Below are positions 62,101 through 64,000 of a stretch of 64,000 nt of DNA, piece after piece. The stretch comes from Camelus ferus. Lineage: Eukaryota. The translations under genes were made by a program, and so were the position numbers. Numbering within the stretch: the stretch's first letter is position 1; each line of letters opens with the position of its first letter. The notes below the pieces were generated by a model. That model did no database searches. It saw only the letters and a list, made by a program, of their open reading frames with translations, and was not told the origin of the DNA. Location: the NCBI RefSeq assembly GCF_009834535.1, contig NC_045716.1:28520001-28584000 (forward strand), in the 5' to 3' direction.

Positions 62101-64000
62101 CAGCTAGGAGGTGGTGGAGCCAGGGTTTGGACAGAGCCTTTCTTGCGTTTTAAAGATGTGCCCACTTCCTGCTCCCCCGGCTGCCTCCCCAGCTGCTGGG
62201 AGACTGGAGGCACCGGGCACCCGGCACCAGTCACATCTTGCCAAGGGCTTGCAGTTGCTGGCGACTCCACGTGGTTAGTGCCAGGCTGCCCAAGCGCTGT
62301 GGCTCCAGCCTCACGTTTGTCATCGCGAAGGGCCTCATGCATTGCACGCTGGGCGCTTTTGTCCCGGGAGGCACCAGGGTGAGCCGACATGGCTGGCATT
62401 TCTCTCTGAGGACGCAGAGAGGCAGCAGGGAGAACGTGATGAACTGGCCCAGGGCCATCAAGGGAGGCGGCAGGGAGCCGTGTCCTCTCCATCAAGGTCC
62501 TGAGGCGTCAGAGAAGGAGATTTGTTCTGTGATGCCAAGGACCAAGTCCAGGACCCTGCAGTCACTGCCAGAATCCTCTCCAACAGAACTCGGGACGGTG
62601 GAGGTGGTGGTGCCCTGAGCCAGGGCCGAGAGGTTCCCACTCCTCCCTCCCTCCCTCCCACAAAATAGCAGGTCAGGTCCTGCTCCAAAGCGTCTTGAAC
62701 TTGGAACTTGAAACAGTAGCTGAGGGAACTATTACGGTGAGGAAATTCTGATAGTTACCGCCGCGTCTCTGTCCCTTGGTGGCTTCTGAGCTGCCCGTGG
62801 TAGGTAGCCCCGGGCCCTCCAGCCCAAACGCAGTCTGAGCACACATCAGAATTCACAGATGACCAGTACACTGTCTTGCTGACTCATCCACTTTTGCGGT
62901 AAGTTTGGGTAAAAAGCAGCTTTGAAAAAAAAGAATCAATTAAATCCAAACAGATGTTGCAAGAAGTAGGTACACGAAGTGCAGACGGTGCAGCGGCGGT
63001 GCCCTGAAAGCCTGGGCAGAGCCGACGTAGCTCGTGCGCGTGGGGCGTGTAGCAGAGGTCTCATTTTGGAACTGTGCGAGCTTTTCCAAGGCCACAGAAA
63101 TGGCAAAGCAAGGGAAGGGTCTTCCCTGGGGTTCTCTGGTGACTGACAGGTGATGATGCTTTTCTGGAGCAGAGACATTTCCGGACTCACTTATTCCTTT
63201 GCTCAGCCGGGTAAAAAGTGGGGAGGGGTGTGTGTAGGGAGAGGACGAGAAAGTGGGAGCAGATGGAGGGGGTTAGTTGAAATCTTTTGCCAAACCACAC
63301 ATACCATGTGCCCAACTTTCATAACTAAAACGAAATGTTGAATTAATCACAACAAATTAAAACACTATTTATTGAGGGATGGTGGGGGTCTAATTTTGTG
63401 TGACTTGTGGAATTTCCTTAGTCCCTCCTGTTTTCCGCTCCCCTCTCCCCAGCGGGCAGATCGACTTGTTTTTCTTGCCACGTGAATCCATGGAAGTCAG
63501 AACTCTGATGCAGGAAGAGGCGTGCTCTCCAGTTACGCTGAGTGCGGGACGCCCGGCTGCCAGCACGCAGCGTCCCAGGCACCCCGGCCCCGCGGGGCGC
63601 CCTCACCCCCTCCTGCCAGGGCCAGACACAGTCGGGATGGCCGGCCTGCTGCTTCACTGCAGCAAAGGGAAGCTCATCTCTGACTTCCTTCTGCGTTTAG
63701 ATGCTGCCTGGTGCACTTTTACGGAGGCGGCATTGGTCCTTGCAGTCCTCCATCTGTAACCTAGACCTCAGGGAAGTGTGACTTTTATTCTCTCTCGTGG
63801 GAGTTTTGTGACTTTTCAGTCCTATTCCCTGGAGCGAACCACCAAGGTCACCCCGCTGCCCCCTCCGTCTGCCATGAGATGCAGAAATGGAGGCGGGAGG
63901 GGTGGACCAGCCCCCAGATGTGGGCAGGAGGAGGGCGGGGTTTTTGGGAGGTGACAGCTGGGAGGACAGACGGTGGGGGGGAGGCTTGGGGGAGTGCTGG

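Noticed and set aside
1-64000. CRISPR arrays, operons or other prokaryotic systems
   Set aside because: Sequence is mammalian (L1, L2, MIR, MaLR, SINE); no spaced direct-repeat array seen.

Overview
Mammalian genomic DNA, most likely a camelid (alpaca/camel): it has four copies of a tRNA-derived SINE matching my recollection of camelid Vic-1, plus a matching lineage L1 3' end. The window is very GC- and CpG-rich, with two assembly gaps (2882-3082, 47784-47947). I find no credible protein-coding exon. The long ORFs are GC-driven noise or decayed L1 ORF1/ORF2. Layout: 1-5400 is L1-rich intergenic DNA. 9550-10620 is a CpG-island promoter with an upstream alternating purine/pyrimidine minisatellite and two strong + strand splice donors (9918, 10526), suggesting tandem, probably non-coding first exons of a gene I cannot name. 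The remaining ~53 kb looks like 5' intron(s), filled with old L1M/L2/MIR/MLT/MER elements (L1 mostly antisense) and two candidate short UTR exons (26956-26992, 50739-50836). I see no evidence of a wholly new biological system. The most interesting local signals are a MER53 palindrome with a perfect stem and a miR-1302-like seed variant, four AP-1 sites in ~1 kb (two also ARE cores inside an old L1), and strong AT-to-GC drift that has turned L1 relics into CpG-rich DNA. Repeat subfamily names come from remembered consensus sequences, and repeat boundaries are approximate (tens of bp).
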